Of a DNA stretch of 64,000 bases, positions 62,974 through 64,000 are shown in pieces. Made by a program: the position numbers and the translations under genes. Source of the DNA: an uncultured Planctomycetaceae bacterium (GTDB lineage Bacteria; Planctomycetota; Planctomycetia; Isosphaerales; Isosphaeraceae); assembly GCA_963833985.1 (NCBI GenBank), contig CAWIAD010000002.1, forward strand, positions 6,272,001 to 6,336,000. The letters run 5' to 3'. Position 1 is the stretch's first letter, and every line of letters starts with the position of its first letter. The notes under the pieces are model-generated. The model made no database searches. It was not told the origin of the DNA and saw nothing but the letters and a program-made list of their open reading frames with translations.

Positions 62974-64000
62974 ATGAAAGCTCGAGGTGCGGCGTCAATC
63001 CTCACCAGGGCCGGTCGCTGGTGTGCGTGGTGGGCCGCGTGCTGTGGCTGGGTCGTACTGGCAGCGCCGGCGCTCGCCGGAGAGCCGCCTCTTTCGAGGC
63101 CCAACGTCCTGCTCATCATGACCGACGACCAAGGGTACGGCGACCTCGGCTTGCACGGCAACCCGACGATCCGCACGCCGAACCTTGATCGCCTGGCGCG
63201 GCAGAGTGCCCGGCTGGCGTCGTTTTACGTGTCGCCCGTCTGCTCGCCGACCCGGGCAAGCCTGCTGACGGGACGTTATAATTATCGCACGGGCGTGGTC
63301 GACACGTACCTGGGACGGTCGCTCATGCGTGCGGACGAGGTCACCCTGGCCGAGATGCTGGCGGCCGCGGGCTACCGCACCGGCATCTTCGGCAAGTGGC
63401 ACCTCGGCGACAACACTCCCTTGCGGGCCATTGACCAGGGGTTCCAGGAAGCCCTGGTGATCAAGGGCGGAGGCATTGGCCAGCCCTCCGACCCGTCCGG
63501 CGGCAGCAGCTATTTCAACCCGGTGCTCCAGCACAACGGGCAGCCGAGCAAGTACTCCGGCTACTGTAGCGACCTCTTCGCCACGGCGGCGATCGATTTC
63601 ATGACCGCGGCGCGGGACCGGCCGTTCTTCGCTTACGTGGCATTTAACTGTCCCCACAGCCCGTACGAGGCACCCGAGGCCGAGCTGGCGAGCTACCGCG
63701 CGATGAGCCTCCCGGACAACCTGGCCCGCGTCTACGCGATGGTCACGAACATCGACACGAACGTGGGCCGCATGCTCGCCGCACTCGAGGCGCAGGGACT
63801 GGACAGGACCACCCTCGTCCTCTTCCTGACCGACAACGGTCCGCCCGATGCCCGGTACAACGCCGGCCTGCGCGGGCTGAAGGGAACTGTCTACGAGGGG
63901 GGCATCCACGTTCCCTGCTTCATCCGCTGGCCTGGCCAGTGGCCCGCGGGCAAGCTCGTGGACAGTATCGCCGCCCACATTGACCTGGCGCCCACGATCC
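62974..64000 (+). CDS. Arylsulfatase / formylglycine-dependent sulfatase (3'-truncated by window edge)
   Basis: Signal peptide, [40 protein letters not shown] and KGTVYEGG motifs. Missing from the ORF track because it has no stop in the window. Confidence 0.92.
   Translation, partial: MKARGAASILTRAGRWCAWWAACCGWVVLAAPALAGEPPLSRPNVLLIMTDDQGYGDLGLHGNPTIRTPNLDRLARQSARLASFYVSPVCSPTRASLLTGRYNYRTGVVDTYLGRSLMRADEVTLAEMLAAAGYRTGIFGKWHLGDNTPLRAIDQGFQEALVIKGGGIGQPSDPSGGSSYFNPVLQHNGQPSKYSGYCSDLFATAAIDFMTAARDRPFFAYVAFNCPHSPYEAPEAELASYRAMSLPDNLARVYAMVTNIDTNVGRMLAALEAQGLDRTTLVLFLTDNGPPDARYNAGLRGLKGTVYEGGIHVPCFIRWPGQWPAGKLVDSIAAHIDLAPTI

Noticed and set aside
1..64000. tRNA, rRNA, prophage or cas genes
   Set aside because: No cloverleaf, rRNA, phage structural, integrase or cas motifs were recognised by eye. 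A tRNAscan/Infernal run would be needed to exclude small RNAs.

Overview
High-GC bacterial chromosomal segment, most likely Planctomycetota (Isosphaeraceae-like), judged from a LEPR-XLL-type FG-GAP protein, tandem DUF11-type proteins, a long TolC-like protein, a secreted CHAT-TPR protein and a sulfatase. The window holds about 48 genes. Housekeeping genes include rluD, tmk, holB, greA, a Fe/Mn superoxide dismutase, a TolC/MFP/ABC export operon and a dcuC-type transporter. One complete ISAs1-family IS has a perfect 10-bp target duplication. There is also a probable IS4-type MITE and a REP-like hairpin cluster. About 20 single-base frameshifts occur, including one in holB, which points to uncorrected long-read indels rather than real pseudogenes. 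The most interesting candidates are (i) a lower-GC HEPN + BolA-like overlapping gene pair, possibly a new toxin-antitoxin arrangement; (ii) a Y-family polymerase paired with a short, divergent SRAP-like protein; (iii) a lysine-less lipoyl domain coupled to a NUDIX hydrolase, downstream of a tandem palindromic operator; and (iv) a redoxin-cytochrome c-copper monooxygenase paired with a YHS protein. I recognised no rRNA, tRNA or CRISPR array. All family calls come from reading motifs by eye, not from database searches.
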